Positions 63,798-64,000 of a stretch of DNA of 64,000 nt are shown piece after piece. Each line of letters begins with the position of its first letter. Position 1 is the first letter of the stretch. The stretch spans positions 27,962,001 to 28,026,000 of the forward strand of contig NC_043012.1 of NCBI RefSeq assembly GCF_006345805.1, written 5' to 3'. Under the pieces are notes generated by a model. It saw only the letters and a list, made by a program, of their open reading frames with translations, was not told where the DNA came from and ran no database searches. Both the position numbers and the translations under genes were made by a program. The stretch comes from Octopus sinensis. Lineage: Eukaryota.

Positions 63798-63844
<47 letters not shown>

Positions 63845-63847
63845 TTA

Positions 63848-63880
<33 letters not shown>

Positions 63881-63903
63881 CATCATCATCATCATCATCA
63901 TCA

Positions 63904-63966
<63 letters not shown>

Positions 63967-64000
63967 TATTATTATTATTTTTATTATTATTATTCTATAT
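63798..64000. repeat. (ATT)n/(ATC)n microsatellite
   Basis: Direct reading. Confidence 0.97.

Overview
AT-rich eukaryotic non-genic (intronic or intergenic) DNA, most likely from an octopus: I recognise the tRNA-derived SINE families from memory, with no search run. It is a mosaic of microsatellites and decayed transposons: three CR1-group LINEs, RTE, Tx1/L1-like, R4/Dong, a Gypsy 5' half with LTR and PBS, a Helitron, two mariners, SINEs and several Penelope-like element (PLE) remnants. No intact host CDS is supported, and most supplied ORFs are microsatellite read-throughs or transposon fragments. Main observations: (1) about 15 type I hammerhead ribozyme motifs (CUGANGA...GAAA...UH) from unrelated PLE-end families, most with a self-complementary helix III. 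Six of them occur as outward-facing pairs in three independent long palindromes, and their 3' ends mostly abut (TA)n. (2) Two divergent ORF1-only (gag-knuckle) retroelements are inserted head-to-tail at the same nucleotide of a SINE tRNA head, with a 13-15 bp target-site duplication. (3) A tRNA-like Pol III head sits just upstream of a hammerhead inside a PLE 3' end. (4) A LINE and a SINE share a 3' stem-loop with compensatory changes. All folds and alignments were done by eye, and coordinates of decayed elements are approximate.
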